Below, piece by piece: positions 1 through 13,255 of a stretch of 64,000 nucleotides of DNA; position 1 is the stretch's first letter; the number at the start of each line of letters is the position of its first letter. This DNA comes from Ginglymostoma cirratum (Eukaryota). The stretch spans positions 9,760,897 to 9,824,896 of the forward strand of contig JAHRHZ010000003.1 in the NCBI GenBank assembly GCA_024137785.1, given 5' to 3'. A program made the translations under genes and the position numbers. The notes below the pieces were generated by a model that worked only from the letters and a program-made list of their open reading frames with translations, was not told where the DNA came from and searched no databases.

Positions 1-1475
1 TTCCTTCCACATTTCTGAGCTGACTTGCAGTTGAGTATGGTTTAAAGGCCAGAAAATCTGGGCTAGATAGTGTCAACAGCACGGAAGAAATTGGAGTAGA
101 ATACCAAGTTGATGGTTTTTAGACAAGTGTGTCTAGGTGCTCCTCTTCCAGTCTTGTTAGCATGGTGGAGTTGAGGCATTCAGAGCATTCACAAGGGTTA
201 AACCAGAGCTCCCTTGCAAATATTGGATGTAAATTGTGATCATTCAAAGCCTGTTGTCCCTTTTTGCAACATGAATCAGGCACATCAGAAGAGGAAAAAG
301 TGAAAGTTTCCACTGAAACGAGATCCTGGAGTGATTTGATTTTCATAAGTAAGGGAGTCTTTCATTCAAGATGGCGATTGCAATGACTTGTTTTACTTTG
401 AGGGTTTAGTATCTGTAGCGCTGTTCTGGCCATTGAGCAGTGGAGGAAGGGTCATGCAGCATGTTGAAGGCAGAGGTATACTTGTACTGAGCAAGGGATT
501 GAAAGGTTATTAGGGACAGGTGGGAATGTGGGTTGAGGTCACTGTCAAATGAGGCATGATCACAGAGAACAGTAGAGCAAGCTTTGGGAGCAGGTGCCAA
601 TGGCCTCGTCCTCCTAATTCGTTTTTTGTATTTCCCAAAATTCAGTGGTTGTGAATGGTGACCACTGTTGCGATGCAGGAAAACACAGTGGCCAGTTTGT
701 ATGTGGAATGTTCTATCAACGGTGAGTAGCTGAAAGTGTTTGTCATGCTTTTTGAGGGATGGTAACAGCCCAGGACACGGGAAAGAACTGTCCTCTTCTA
801 AAAAACAATAGAAACGTCTCTTCCCTAGAGGGCACCCAGGGTAGTGCATGGTCTGCTGTGATAGATGGGCAGCAATTATACATAATGTACAACGGTGAAA
901 CGTCACCCAGCCTGGCGGCCTTTGCTATTTTGTAGTCTGCACATGAGCCTCCTGCCCTTTTAGAAACATAGAAATTGAGAGCAGGAGGAGGCCATTTCGC
1001 CCATTAGCATGATCATGGGTGATCTTCTAACTCTGAATCTTGTTCCCACTTTCGTCCTTTAACGTACAGCAAACTTTGTTTTAACCAGCAGTCTTGATAA
1101 ACTAGCAAAAATTACCTATGTCAAATGTAGCGATCTACCATAATGTCCAAGTATTTGTGCTGTAAATAAAAAATAATAGTGATGTGAATACCCCCTTGCA
1201 TTACGTTTCTCATCCTCAGAGGTATTTCTGCTGTAAAGTGTGTTTTGTTAATGCAAATTGGCTGTGACACTGTTTGGATAATGCGAACTTTCTACTGTAC
1301 AGTAAAGTGATTTCCCGACAAAGTGACTTTCTATTTCACGAGGTCACACGAGCACAAATGTCATTTTATCGGAGAACTATCTGTACTGAGTGATTGTATG
1401 TTGATTTCAGGAGGTGCGTTGGTGTTTTTACAGAGATTTTTTGAGGTTTGTTGGTGTCTCAAAGTTCAGTTCAAA

Positions 1476-1586
1476 TTTCTGAGGAAGGGTCCCGACCTGA
1501 AACGTCAGCTTTCCTGCTGCCTGGTCTGCTGTGTTCCTCCAGCATCACACCTTGTTATTTCAGACTCCAGCATTGGCAGTTCTTAG
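1476..1586 (+). mobile_element. Penelope-like terminal fragment with intact minimal hammerhead core (1479-1506)
   Basis: CTGAGGA-AGGGTCCCGACCT-GAAAC-GTC followed by the tail ctgctgtgttcctccagc...ccttgttatttcagactccagcat. The same tail follows the GIY-YIG remnant at 27.0-27.5 kb. Confidence 0.75.
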
Positions 1587-1680
1587 GCTATCTGGTACCA
1601 TAGGTGTTGGTTACTAAAATGTTTGCTGTTTAAAGTATTGTACCCTTTTATAACTTTACCCCTAAGAACTATTTCTAATT

Positions 1681-2021
1681 CATAGAATCCTTCAGTGCGA
1701 TAAAAGGCCATTCAGCACATCCAGTGACCCTGTAAAGACTGTCCCACCCAGACCAACTGTATCTCTGTAACCCTGCATTGACAATGGCTAAGCCCCATAA
1801 CCTGCACATGCCTTGACACTCTGAGCAATTTAGCATGGCCAAATCAGGTAATGTGCACATCTTTGGACTGTGGGAGGAAACCAGAGTACCCAGTGAAAAA
1901 CCCATGCAGATACGGGGATAATGTGCTGACAGCACACAGACAGCCACCCAAAGCTGGACTCGAACCTGGATTCCTGACACTGTGAGGCAACAGTGCTGAC
2001 CACTGAGACACCATACTGCCC
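1681..2021 (-). mobile_element. HE1/V-SINE-like tRNA-derived SINE
   Basis: Minus strand reads A-box-like ggtgtctcagtgg, B-box ggttcgagtcc, central GGTTTCCTCCCACAGTCCAAAGATGTGCA and a CR1-like 3' tail. Homologous to 31615-31937. Confidence 0.8.
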
Positions 2022-2049
2022 TAGCCACTGTGACTCCCCCCCCCAACAA

Positions 2050-2400
2050 GCCCCGATTCCTTCTTGAGACATGTAGTTTCGATCACTTTCTGAGGCAAAG
2101 AATTCCACAGGCTCACCATTCTCTGTATGAAGAAATTTCTCCTCATCTCAGACCTACATTGCTCAGTCCGTATCTTTTGAGGGTGACCCCTGGCTCTGGA
2201 TTCCCCAATTAGCAGGAGCATCCTTCATGTATTTTGCCTGTCTGGGCCTGTTGGATTTTTATAGGTTTCTATAAGACATGCACCACACCCCTTCCCCCTC
2301 CCCAAATATCCTCACCCACCATTCTTCTTAACTCCAGTGAATATGGACCGAATCGATCCACTGTTTTGTCATATATCTGCTGCTGCAGGAATCAATCATG
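2050..2400 (-). mobile_element. CR1-type LINE fragment near the 3' end
   Basis: ORF 2021..2221 contains GESRARGH...RRNFFIQRMVSLWNSLPQKVIE, typical of the CR1 ORF2 C-terminus. Confidence 0.75.
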
Positions 2401-2423
2401 TAAACCTTTCTTTTCTGAACCAA

Positions 2424-2580
2424 TCTGCATCATCTGCTATAACAAGATGTGTAGAGCTGGATGAACACAGCAGAAGACCCTCCGATGCTGCTTGGCCTGC
2501 TGTGTTCATCCAGCTCTACACCTTGTTATCTCAGCTTCTCCAGCATCTGCAGTTCCTACTATCTCTGCATGATCTGCTAT
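2424..2580. mobile_element. Short hairpin-type Penelope-derived element with 17-bp flanking direct repeats
   Basis: Inverted arms aacaagatgtgtagagctggatgaacacagcag and ctgctgtgttcatccagctctacaccttgtt. Flanks are tctgcatcatctgctat (2424-2440) and tctgcatgatctgctat (2564-2580). Confidence 0.75.
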
Positions 2581-3339
2581 TCCTTTCTCCTTTGTACTTA
2601 CCTTGCTTACCCTTAGGCCATGGCTTCACTTTCTCAACGTACTGTGATTTCTGATTTCAATCTACTAGCTCACGATCTCTTGAACTGTGAGTACCTTTCA
2701 CTCCTTGGGTATTTTCCAAAGTGTTGCTTGGTCAACCTAGAATTAAGACCCTCCACCGGAGTCAGGATGTTTTTGTTTGTAATGAAAGATTGAGGGTACA
2801 GGCTGGAATAATGATATTCGTAAGTAATCTCAAGTGCAGGCACATCAGGCTGTCATGGCCCTCATCAGCTGATCTCCTGCAACTACAGAATAACATAATT
2901 CAACAAGAAGCTGGGCCACTGAAGCCATTTTAACGCATATTTGTGGCATCCTTTTGGGACTTGCGTCAAGAAAATACAGTGAGCTGATTTGAGAATGTTT
3001 AAGTTGGCATCATCACAAGATTCACTGACGTAAAAAAGATGTGGATAACTTAATGTGGAAAACATTCACATTTTTTAACATTGCAACATTTGCCACAGAA
3101 TTGATTGTTATCATGCACGGCTGCATTACATTGTGAAACTGCGTGTTAAACGAAAAGCTATGTATCATAAAACCCTTGGAAACAGTTGAAAAGGCTTCTC
3201 ACAGCACTATCCTAGGAGGTTCGAAGATCGGATCAGCGAGCATGAAGCTAAAATTGGAAGGAACTTGTTGAGCTTTTTAAATTGTGAATTCAGGATACCT
3301 GGAAGCGTTTTGCAACCAGTAAATGACTTTTGATTTGTC

Positions 3340-3480
3340 AGATTTATGGCACTGGACAGCTAGTTGCTCAGGCCCATGGGGTCCTCTGTTAAACATCTCA
3401 CCTGAAAGCTGGCACCTCTGCCGCTGCACTACTCCCTTAGTACAGCAGTGAAACATTAGCATCAGCATGTTTTTAGTACT
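3340..3480 (-). mobile_element. Ancient Deu-domain-like SINE fragment
   Basis: ttaaacatctcacctgaaagctggcacctctg...gcactactcccttagtacagcagtgaa resembles the Deu core. Similar decayed copies near 6.7-6.9, 26.7-27.0, 30.65-30.85, 47.8-48.05 and 48.8-49.0 kb. Confidence 0.45.
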
Positions 3481-5107
3481 CCCTATTTCTCGAACCTCCT
3501 TCATTTCCATAACTACTGCCCATCTTGTCTATTTCTCTGATGGGGGCTGGTTTGATAGGTGCCTTCCTTTCAATCATGTAGCACTTTTTCAGGACTGTAC
3601 GACCATTTCTTTTCGATACATTTTCTAACCAGCCTATTCAGAAAAGTTATTACACACTGCAAGTGGGACTTCTGCTTGGACTTCCTGGTTCAGAGGTCTG
3701 GAAATTACCACTGCACCACAAGAGCCCATGCTGGCCCACATTAAAGAGATCCGTTTGAAGCCTGATTGTAAACAAAACCTTCACAAAAGGGATTCGGACA
3801 AAATCAAAAGATTGCAGATGCTGGAAGTGTGTAATTTCAAAAAAAACAAAATATTTGGCAGAACAGTCCACATCTCTGGAGGGAGAAACAGACAATGTTT
3901 CACATCCCTGCCTTTGTGTCAGTTGGTGAGAACAGCAGTTCAAGAAATGTTGAATATTTGAGAGACAGTTGTAATGGTATGCTGCAAAGTGAAGGTGAAA
4001 TTTCACTTTGAATCCAAGTGAATTCATGAGAGCTGGAGCTATTTGCTAAGCAGGGCAAGAATTTGCTTTGATAATTAATCAAAAACAGCGCAATGCAATG
4101 TAGTTAGGCAGGGTAAAGCAGTCTAAGCAAAATCCTATCTGAGAGAACAATAGTGCACTCAAGGTAGCACTGCTGGAAGAGACCCAGTGCTGAATTAAAC
4201 ACTGATAGAAATGCAAAGTGCTACAGGTGTTGGAAATCTGAAATAAAAACAGAAAATGTTTTGAAACACTAAACAGACATGGCAGCACCTGTGGAGAGGG
4301 AAACAGGATTGACATTTAGTATGTGACTTTCAACAGAACGTTTGGTGCTGAAGTAAAGCTCCAGGCCTGAAACTTCAACTCGATGTTGTCACAGATTCTC
4401 CCACAACAGGTTTGGACCTATGTACTGATTGCAGAATCCCAGAACACAACTTGAACAGACCCCTGCTTCTCAGAATACATGTTTCATGTGTGTGTGGAAT
4501 GTCTGTTTGAATGCAGAAATGGCATCGAAACGGTGAAAAGAAGCAGACTTCGATTTAAGTAGTACCTTTCAGTACTGGAGGTTGTGAAGTGCTGCACAGC
4601 CAGTACCGTACCTGCTGAAATCTAATCACTGTTAGACTGTCAAATTACTAATCAATGTGGAAGCAACATGAATTCTGTGCAGAGGATTTGTTTTAACTGT
4701 CTGCATCATGAAGCATACTGCTTAAAGCTGCAGTTTTCATGATTTGGACTTGATTTTTATTTCACACAATCTTTTGATTGATTAAATATTTGCTAACAGT
4801 GCGCCCTGAATCTTCTGTTTATTGAGCATTGTGTAATTTGAGTGCACCCTCTTTTCATTCACTCAGTTCCTCTCTCAGAGACATGAAGCACTGAAGAGAC
4901 TGTTCAGCCAATTTAGCCTCACTGATCAATTGAGTCTTAACTTGCATTTGTACTTTAAGATGGAGATCTTAAATCTTTAAGATGGTGATGCAGCCCAAGG
5001 TGCTTTCACTGAGATACGAAGAAAGATGGTTTAAATGGGGTAATGGCAAATTTGACCAACTGAACGCTGACTGCAAGATGGTCACATTTCAGTTGAGATT
5101 GGGGAAG

Positions 5108-5310
5108 ATCATAGAACCCTGACTTTGCAGAGAGAAGCCATTTGGCCGATTGAGTCTGCACTGACTCTGAGAGCATCCCACCCAGACCCACCCTCGCCGC
5201 CCTACTCCCGTGACCCACATTTAGCATGGCTAATCTACAGAGTGTACACATCCATGGACACTACAGAGTAATTCAGCCAAGCCAGTCCACCTATCCTACA
5301 CATCTTTGGA
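5108..5310 (-). mobile_element. Partial HE1/V-SINE-like SINE
   Basis: Shares atcatagaa-ccct tail, agagcatcccacccagaccc and cacatctttgga with the other copies. Confidence 0.65.
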
Positions 5311-5311
5311 T

Positions 5312-5600
5312 GGCAGCTAGCGACATAGTGGCCTTCTCACTGGAGCTGGAATTCACGGGGCACAGTTTAAAGACCTGGGGACTTGGGTTCGAGTTCCACC
5401 ACAGCAGCTTCAAGGTGGAAGTTACATTCAATTCTAAAGTGAGGAAGATGAAGCCACTTTGAGGGGTGACAACCGTGATAGCCACCATGGAATTGGGTAA
5501 TAACGATCTGGTTCACAGATCTTCTTTATGGATGGATATCTGCCATCCTTAGCCCACCATGTGCCAGCAGACCCACCGTGATGTACTTCACTCTTGCAAC
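5312..5600 (+). mobile_element. tRNA-derived SINE, second family
   Basis: B-box ggttcgagttcc and body atctggttcac...atctgccatcctta. Homologous to copies at 9.95, 17.6, 18.9 and 47.1 kb. Confidence 0.55.
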
Positions 5601-6004
5601 TTGCACAGTCAAATGCGAGGAATTTGAAAAGAGAAAACGTCAAAAAAAAACACAACAGGCTCAAGAGCCAAAAGGTTAGCTCCTATTTTGGGTGGCAGTA
5701 GCCCAAACAAGTTCCAGAATAAAATAGCGACCTAAAGAGAGAAGTTGGGTTTTGTTGGACTAAAAATAAAGTGGCATGTGGTTTTTTTAAAAAATTCTAT
5801 CTTTCATCTGTTTATGAATGCATTTTTTGCTTTTTCTTTAATAGCTCTGTTTCTTCCTTAGTATTTCTTTGAGCAGCTTAAGTAATTGCAAGTATTTTTC
5901 AACTATTTCTTTTGCCGTCAAAATCAAAGGAATTTACAGTTAGTTTAGCACTGTTGCTGATGTTTTCAGAAATGCAAAGCTCCTGCACTCCAATTCTCTG
6001 TTGA

Positions 6005-6094
<90 letters not shown>

Positions 6095-6503
6095 TAATGA
6101 GGCAGGAGCGTGAAATCTGTTCACACTGAATAGTTTCATGATTCAATGAGAAGTGACAAAATTCAGTTACAAGTCTGGCAGATGGCTGTGTAAAGACATG
6201 TACATTAGCTTCTTTTCAGGAAAGCTTGGTTTAAGGAGCAGGATGGAACAAATGAAGAGGAAGAGATCTGCTGCCTTACCATAAGGGCAGAGATCTGATT
6301 GGGTTCTCACAGTTGTTCTGGGTGCTCACAATTATTGTGAATGGTTGCAGTGCCAAGCGGATAGGAATCTACTCATTCATGTTCAAGCTGACACAAAGAT
6401 GGCATGTAGAAAAAGTGCAGCATTCTTGGGATTCAACCAAATAGGGGTCAATCCATGAGCAGGTATAAGCTGCAGGCATCTCGGTTCAAACAAATGACAG
6501 CTT

Positions 6504-6549
6504 TGTGTGTGTGTGTGTGCGCGCGTGTGGTGGTGGTGGTGGTGGTGGT
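6504..6549. repeat. Compound microsatellite (TG)n(CG)n(GTG)n
   Basis: tgtgtgtgtgtgtgtgcgcgcgtgtggtggtggtggtggtggtggt seen directly. Confidence 0.9.
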
Positions 6550-8229
6550 AGGAGAGAAAGGAACAGAGAATTATCAGCATTTAAACAGCACACCTTTGGC
6601 CTACCTGTGTCCAACAGCACTTTACAACACTGATTTTGTCCTAATGGTAATTAATTGGCTGTAATGTAGGAATTTCCACAATGCGAACTCTCATAAACAG
6701 TCAGGAAGGAGAAAAGAAGATAATTTTGTAATATTATTTGAGGCAAAAATATTGGTCGCAGTATTTGAGAAGAACTCTCCTTTTGTGATTCAGATCATGC
6801 CTTGGGATGTTTGTCCATTCACCTGAAAGGGTAGGCAAGACCTGATCAGAAGGATGGCTCCTTCAGGAATGCAGCACTCCTTCACTTGGTGTATCATTGA
6901 AAAGAAATTGACAACCTCCTGATTCCAAGTTCTCACTTCGCTTAGGTTAATAAGTCCTGGAGCAGGTCATGACACTGCAACTTGGACAGGAAATGTCAGA
7001 GGAAGCGCAGCACAGGCGAGATGGTGAGCTACTGGGAGAACTATAGTAATGTCTGAAGCGTTCCCGAGTAAATCCATTTTTGCAGTTATGTTTAGAAAAG
7101 CCAGTCTCAAATTAGACCTCCATGGACAGTTGGAATGGCTTGAGGGCAGGAAGATGTTCAGATGAACTACAAACACAGTCTGGGCTTAACAGGCATGAAT
7201 TTTTAGAGACTATAGAAGAAGTTGCCTCACTGAACAGTTTTGAATACCACCGCTGATAAAACATTGGTGCGTATTTTCTTAAGCTGCAGCTTTTATGCAC
7301 TCGGATTCTCCTTCACAGCGACAACACAGTTTCTGTGTGCTGACAGCCCCTGCCGTACATAAACAACAATCGAAATAAAACAGGCCAGAATTATTTGGAT
7401 TGCAGTGCACAAAATGATCCCCAGCTCTAAGGCAGGAGGAGAGGTATGAACAGATAATGAGCAAGTTGTGTTGTCAAGGAAACGTGGCCATTTCAGAGCC
7501 TGCTTCTCGTGAGGGAATTTTTCGCATTGCTGTACCTTCCACACAGAGGGAGGGCACAGCCGCATCCTTTTCAACAGCGTGGCACCAGGGCCTGAGGAAA
7601 TGGCTTCTATTTTCTCATAATTGGCAGATTCACTTCAGAGGCAGAGCTTGAATCCGGACAGTGTGACTCACTCTGAACAGCCTTGCTTGCTGTAACATTA
7701 ATGCTGGCAGATTCAAGTAGTTAAAAAGACAAGTTAATTCACAGAGAAGAGTGCACCACACAACCACATCAAAGTCCCCTTCTTACAATCTCACTGAAAG
7801 CAATTTGTCACCCTTTTCCTTTAGAAATTGTAATTTAGTTCCAGTTCACTGTAACATTAGAACTCATCCCAGTTCAGAGGCGCGCACCCCACGTGTTCTG
7901 TTTGGGAAAAAGCACGTCGAAAGGGGATGCAAAATCAGTGCTTGGTTCGCACCTGAAAACTGGCATGCAGGTTACTTCATGTTGGTACTGCCTATAACGG
8001 GGCTGGATTTTATTAATCTGGGTAGTTATTGTGTCAAGAACACAGTGTTTGTATCTGTGAAAGGAGACTGATTGATGACCTGTTTTCTTGTGTTCCATTT
8101 TCCTCTTTTGTGAATTGAAGATTGTGTTGCTGGGCAAGATTTTCTCAACAGAGCGCAATGATTAGTGCATTTTCTCAAGAGTTTTAATCTCCCCTTTGTT
8201 AAGAATATAAACTTCTTCTGGCTTGTGAT

Positions 8230-8670
8230 CAGATCATTACTGCTGTCATTGTGGCATCAACTCCACATTCCTGTCTCTACTCCCAGACCCTTTCACTCCG
8301 CTGTTAGTCAAGAAAGGGGCTATTTTTGCTTTTAAGATATTTAGCGACCGTGCCTCCACTGCTCACTGGGCAAGTTAATTCTTCAGAATCATGACCATCA
8401 GAGAACCTTTCTCATTCTCTATCTTAAATAGGAAACCATTTTGTTTACAAAATCTGTCTTTTTTTACCCACCCTGTCAAGTCCCCTCAGAATTTTATCTA
8501 TTTCGAGGGGGTCACTTGTTCTACACTCGAAAAGATGCAGGGTTAATCTCTCCAACCTTTCCTGTTAAGTTCGTCCCCTTGTTCCAGGGCTCAGTTGAGT
8601 GATCCTCCGCTGAGCTACTTCTAATTCAGTTATGTTCTTTCTTAAGTAAACAGTCCAAAACAGTCTCTAA
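8230..8670 (-). mobile_element. Decayed CR1-type LINE fragment
   Basis: Similar to the CR1 copies at 17.24, 38.6 and 62.36 kb (gcctccactgct..., cctgtcaagtcccctcagaatttta). Confidence 0.55.
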
Positions 8671-8739
8671 TAGTAGATAGGCCGGCAACAACATCAAAAC
8701 TTTATTCAAACATGGGAAAGCACACTGCCACTTGAAGTG

Positions 8740-9045
8740 CTGGTGGCAAGAGCGGGAGCAGGCACCCTGAGGCGGCTGGCAGCGGGTGTGGGCAAAATGG
8801 AGCCCACTGTGGCCAGGCACTTAGGGATGTGGTGTTGACCTGTGTTACTTTGTTTTTCTACTTGTTAGTCAGAAGGACTGTAATGGTTAACTTCTTAATT
8901 TGGTTTTCTTCATTTTTCTGCTTCGTACTAAGATTCTGTATGGAGGTATCTTTGTACCTAAGATGGCACTGTAAGTGGCAGCCTGTTAACTGTTCACCGT
9001 ACTCATGTGAGTACATGTGACAATAAAGCTAATTCATTTCCATTT
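8740..9045 (+). mobile_element. 3' end of a retroposon with AATAAA and ATTC-type tail
   Basis: Ends gtacatgtgacaataaagctaattcatttcc. Same 3' architecture as the minus-strand elements at 13.26 and 36.46 kb. Confidence 0.55.
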
Positions 9046-9944
9046 TGCATGTACGACAGAGGTATGTTATCTGTGCAGTGGCCATCCTGATCTTCCTTAG
9101 GAGAAACAGTGCTTGGACTCAAGACAAATGCATGTCTGCAAGTAACAGCACTGTAGCCAAATAAACTAAAGATCACCATTAAAATAAAGGGCTATTTGAC
9201 CACGTTTTTCATGAATAAAATATTTCCTGTGATCGGGAAGGTTGCAAATCGAGTGGTTATGTTTGTGAGATTGCATGCTATAGGTGTGAAAGGCTCCTGA
9301 TGTTTGGAACAGTTAATAATACTGGAACAGAAGTATTTAAATAGCCCACGCTGAAGACCTGTATAGCTGTTGTCTGTGCTACTGACAGCAGCTCGCCCCC
9401 ACATTTCTTTAAGGAGCAACCACACAACCCATCGGAGCTGTCCTTACAAGATTCAGCTGTAATTTCATACTGGAGGTGATTAATAACATGCCAAATCTTT
9501 CAACACAATTTGACATTTTAAAGGTTTCTCATCTTAATTCAAATTGTCTTATATGTTCTGAAATGAATCATGTGCGAAATCTCATTCTTCACATTTCAAT
9601 ATCTGTTTATTGTGCTATTATATTGGAAACAAATGCCAATAATATTTTGAAATCTTAATGCACTGCTGGTGAAATAATGCTGTGTCCTTATAAAATAAGT
9701 TTGAGAGTGACAGATTGAACTGACAGATGTTGGTGGGAACTCAATCTGTTCTCCTCAACTGGGTTTTGTACTATCTGTGGGATTCTTATTTGACCAATAC
9801 TTAGCTTGGCAATTGGATGGGTTGCAGGGTCTCTTTTCCTGCAAACTCTAGTCTTTTAAACTACTGGCACTCTGCTTCTGTCACAGTGACACTCAACAAA
9901 ATAGCAGTGTCACGCACATATTTATATCACAGAATATTTTGGGG

Positions 9945-10315
9945 GAGACGGTGCTGTTGTGGTAAAGTCACTGGAATGGTTGTCCAGAATGCCAAACACT
10001 AATATTCTGGGACATGGATTCAAATCCCTCCATGGCAGGTGGCGACATTTGAATTCAAACATCAAGTATTAAAAGTGAAGGTGATCATGGAAGCAATGAC
10101 AATTGCCATAAAACACCCACCAAAAGAAGGAAGCCTGTTCTTCTCACCTGGTCTAGCTGATATGGAACTTGGAATAATGGAGTCTGGACTCCAGTTGACT
10201 GTTAACGGCACTCTGAAATGGCCTAGTGAGCCACCCAGCTTCAGACCTATTAGGAATGGCCAATAATAGTAATGCTGCTGGCAATACCCATTTCCCATGG
10301 ACCAATAGTCAGAAA
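9945..10315 (+). mobile_element. tRNA-derived SINE, second family, with LINE-like tail
   Basis: Head gtcactgga...tccaga...ggattcaaatccc. Tail ctctgaaatggcctagtgagccac...ggcaatacccatttcccatgg resembles the LINE 3' end at 59.65 kb. Confidence 0.6.
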
Positions 10316-10851
10316 ACAAAAATAATTTGTAGATGTACTGTACCTGACCCTTGCCCATTTGTTCCTGAAATTCCATGTGCTTGACTTGACTCTGACATAT
10401 TGTTTCTTGTGACCCATTGTGCAGTCTCCTCAGCTGGCCCATTCATTCCGGAGACATGTTGCGAGATTTCCAGTTCAAACTCCTGCTTTCTTACCCCTGT
10501 CGCACAAAATTGGCTTTGACCTCCCCCTTGTTTCAATATGTTGCGATTGACGGTTGTGATTTGCTCATTCACGGTTAGGGCTTTGAGAAAAGAGAAACCG
10601 GGATTGATCAACTATTTACCAGTTGCAAACATCCTAGCGGGCTTGTTCTGTGTGCGCTTTGGGGCAGGTGTGTCCCTCCTCATGGACCTCTGCCTAGTAA
10701 AGCCCCTTCCCACATGCCACTGCCTGATCCTATGTGTTCCCCTGCCTTCCCAGTATTGGTTTCACAGACAGCACTCAGGGACCTGGGGAAATCACTTTCC
10801 TTGTCTTCTGATCTGTTTGTTGTTTGAACTGCCTGCAGTCAGAGCAATGAG

Positions 10852-11200
10852 TCATAGAGCTTTAAGGCACAGAAAGAGGCCCTTTGCCAATCGTGTCCAT
10901 GGCAGACATGAAATGCCAATCTACTTATCCCAGTTTCCAGCACTTGACCCTTAGCTTTGTGAACTTAGTTGCTTCAAGTGTTCAACTAAATTCATCTCAA
11001 CCGTTGTGATGGTTCTCGCCTCTGTCAGGCACTGCGTTCCAGATACTGTCTATCCTATGGGTAAGAAAAATTCTTCCTGAAAATCCCTTTCAACCTCCAG
11101 TGCTTCACCTTGAATCTGTGCCCTGTTTATTTATCCCCGTAGTTGGGAAACATTTCTTCTTATCCACCCTATCTATGCCCCTCATAATTTTATACACCTC
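10852..11200 (-). mobile_element. CR1-type LINE 3' fragment
   Basis: ORF 11105..11335 contains EVYKIMRGIDRVDKKKCFP, typical of CR1 ORF2. Confidence 0.75.
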
Positions 11201-13255
11201 ACCCAGGCCCTCCTGTGTGGTCGCTGTTGCTCTTGTCGTTGATAGGACAGGAGGGGTGCTGGTCTTTGACTGGCTAATGGCTCGCAGAGGCAGGAACTCT
11301 TCCCAGAAACGTGTAGACATCTCATCATTAGCCATTTCTGAGCTAAATCACCAAGTGATGGTGGGTTTTAACCACTCTCACTGTGTCAAATTCCATCCTT
11401 CACCCTCTCAAGCTCGTTATTTTAATCAAACTGTTTGGAGATGTTCCGAAACACATCTGTGGCAGGTGGACTTCACTTGAGACGTTCTGTCCCAGAACCA
11501 GGAAAATGACCACTACCGCGGTAACATAGCATCCTGCACCCATAGAAACAGCTTGTCAGCATGTACCCTTGCAAAATTACACTTGAGTGAGGTTGCCCGT
11601 CCCGAGGAAGGGATTATCCAACAAGAACTAGAATGGGTCAAAGCTCTCCAATTCCAGTGCCAAAAGTATGATGGCACCCAGTCTGTGAGATGTGAAACAT
11701 TGGAAAGATCCTGAGTGAAATGAATTTGAGGAGCTCCAGCCAACTGTATTCCAGCAGCAGACGATGACGCACGTGTAGCAGCACTTGAAAGGAGGCTGTC
11801 CAAATCCTCCGACAATCCATGACTTGAAAGATTTGCGTCAGAAGCCAGCAAATCTTTTAACTTGAATGGTTAGCCCAAACCCTTGGTAAGTGACTTTTGG
11901 GGAATGTATTCCAAACTGTTACAACTCAGTATAACAAAATGGTACTTCCACATCTTGCCTCAGCTTGCTTTGGCCATCACCTCAGCTCTATGACTTGTGA
12001 TGAGCAAGCTTTCTCGTTTTTGGAAAAATTCACTCCTTACTGATGACTAGAATAAGGCCAGTATCTTGTGCGAGATTATATCAAATCCACTTGGGAGGGC
12101 TTCAGAGCTTAGCCAAACAATCCATGGCCACACAGTGGGGTTGCAGTAATATTTTTCCTTCACAAAACATCCTAAGGCCGGTTTGCTTGCTGTAAAGAAA
12201 GATGCCCAGTCTCCCAGGCACAGGATGTCTACCAGAAGCTGCTGCATTCCCTGCAGAGGTCTGTTCATTTAAGTAAATGAAGCAAGGATAGCAGCTGCTT
12301 GGATTTCAATAGCCCTTTTCACATGATGAAACATAACAAGGCACTTGGCTTGAATTTATCCAAGATGTTTTGTTACCAAACTGCAAAACAAGACGTGGAA
12401 GATGACGAGTCAAATTTAAGGGTTGCCGGAAAGGAGGTAACAGAGTAGAAGAAGATTGAGGGTCATTTTCAAGCTTGGAGTTGGAAGGAAGTTGAAGATC
12501 TTGGCAGGGGTGGGATGGGGAATCTGTGGGGTGGGTTTTCTCTTGGGGAAATTTTTGAATGAAAGTTCTTTTTGACAAAATAGTACCTTTCTCCGTGCTG
12601 CCAGATACTGGTTCGTGACAGGGAAGTTTTCAGTCTTAAAGTTGTGAACTGTTTCCTCCCTGTTGCAGTTTAGAATAGGGTAGGGAAGAAATGAATAATG
12701 CATTTCAAAGTCAAGATCTCTCATCAGTGTGTAACAAAAGCAAGGCAAATGGAGTGAGATACATTTGAGACTGTCATAATTGCAAGGCTTATTGCATTTA
12801 GATGAGCAGTATGTTGTTAAATTTTGCCTTGACATCAGAAGAAATGCTTCAGTAGTCTTGATCCCCAGTGCTGTTGACCAGTTTTCTTCCAAAACTGAGT
12901 GAATGGTTGTTTGAAAATTGTCTTGTGAAACCTAAGATTTCTATTGTCGGATCTTTTTCAGTTGTGGGAGAGAATCCGTACAGGCCAGTTGATTGGGAAA
13001 AGTAAAGATTGGTATAGTGTAGAGGCAATCACGATGCTATTGCTGGACTGTGAGATAATGCCACAATGAAAACCTGCTGGAAAAAATTCAGCATGTCTGC
13101 CCAGAGAACAAGTGCTAACATTTCAGGTCAGGGATTTTTGCTCAGAAGTGGAAGATAGTAAAAGATGAACAGATTTTAAGCATGTGAGGGAGTCAAAGAA
13201 AAGATGTCAGGAGCAGAACATGAGAAAAAAAGTGCTTCATAGGGCAGAGGACAGG

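Noticed and set aside
6383-6664. Poly-His and poly-Val ORFs
   Set aside because: These are translations of the (GTG)n/(TG)n microsatellite.
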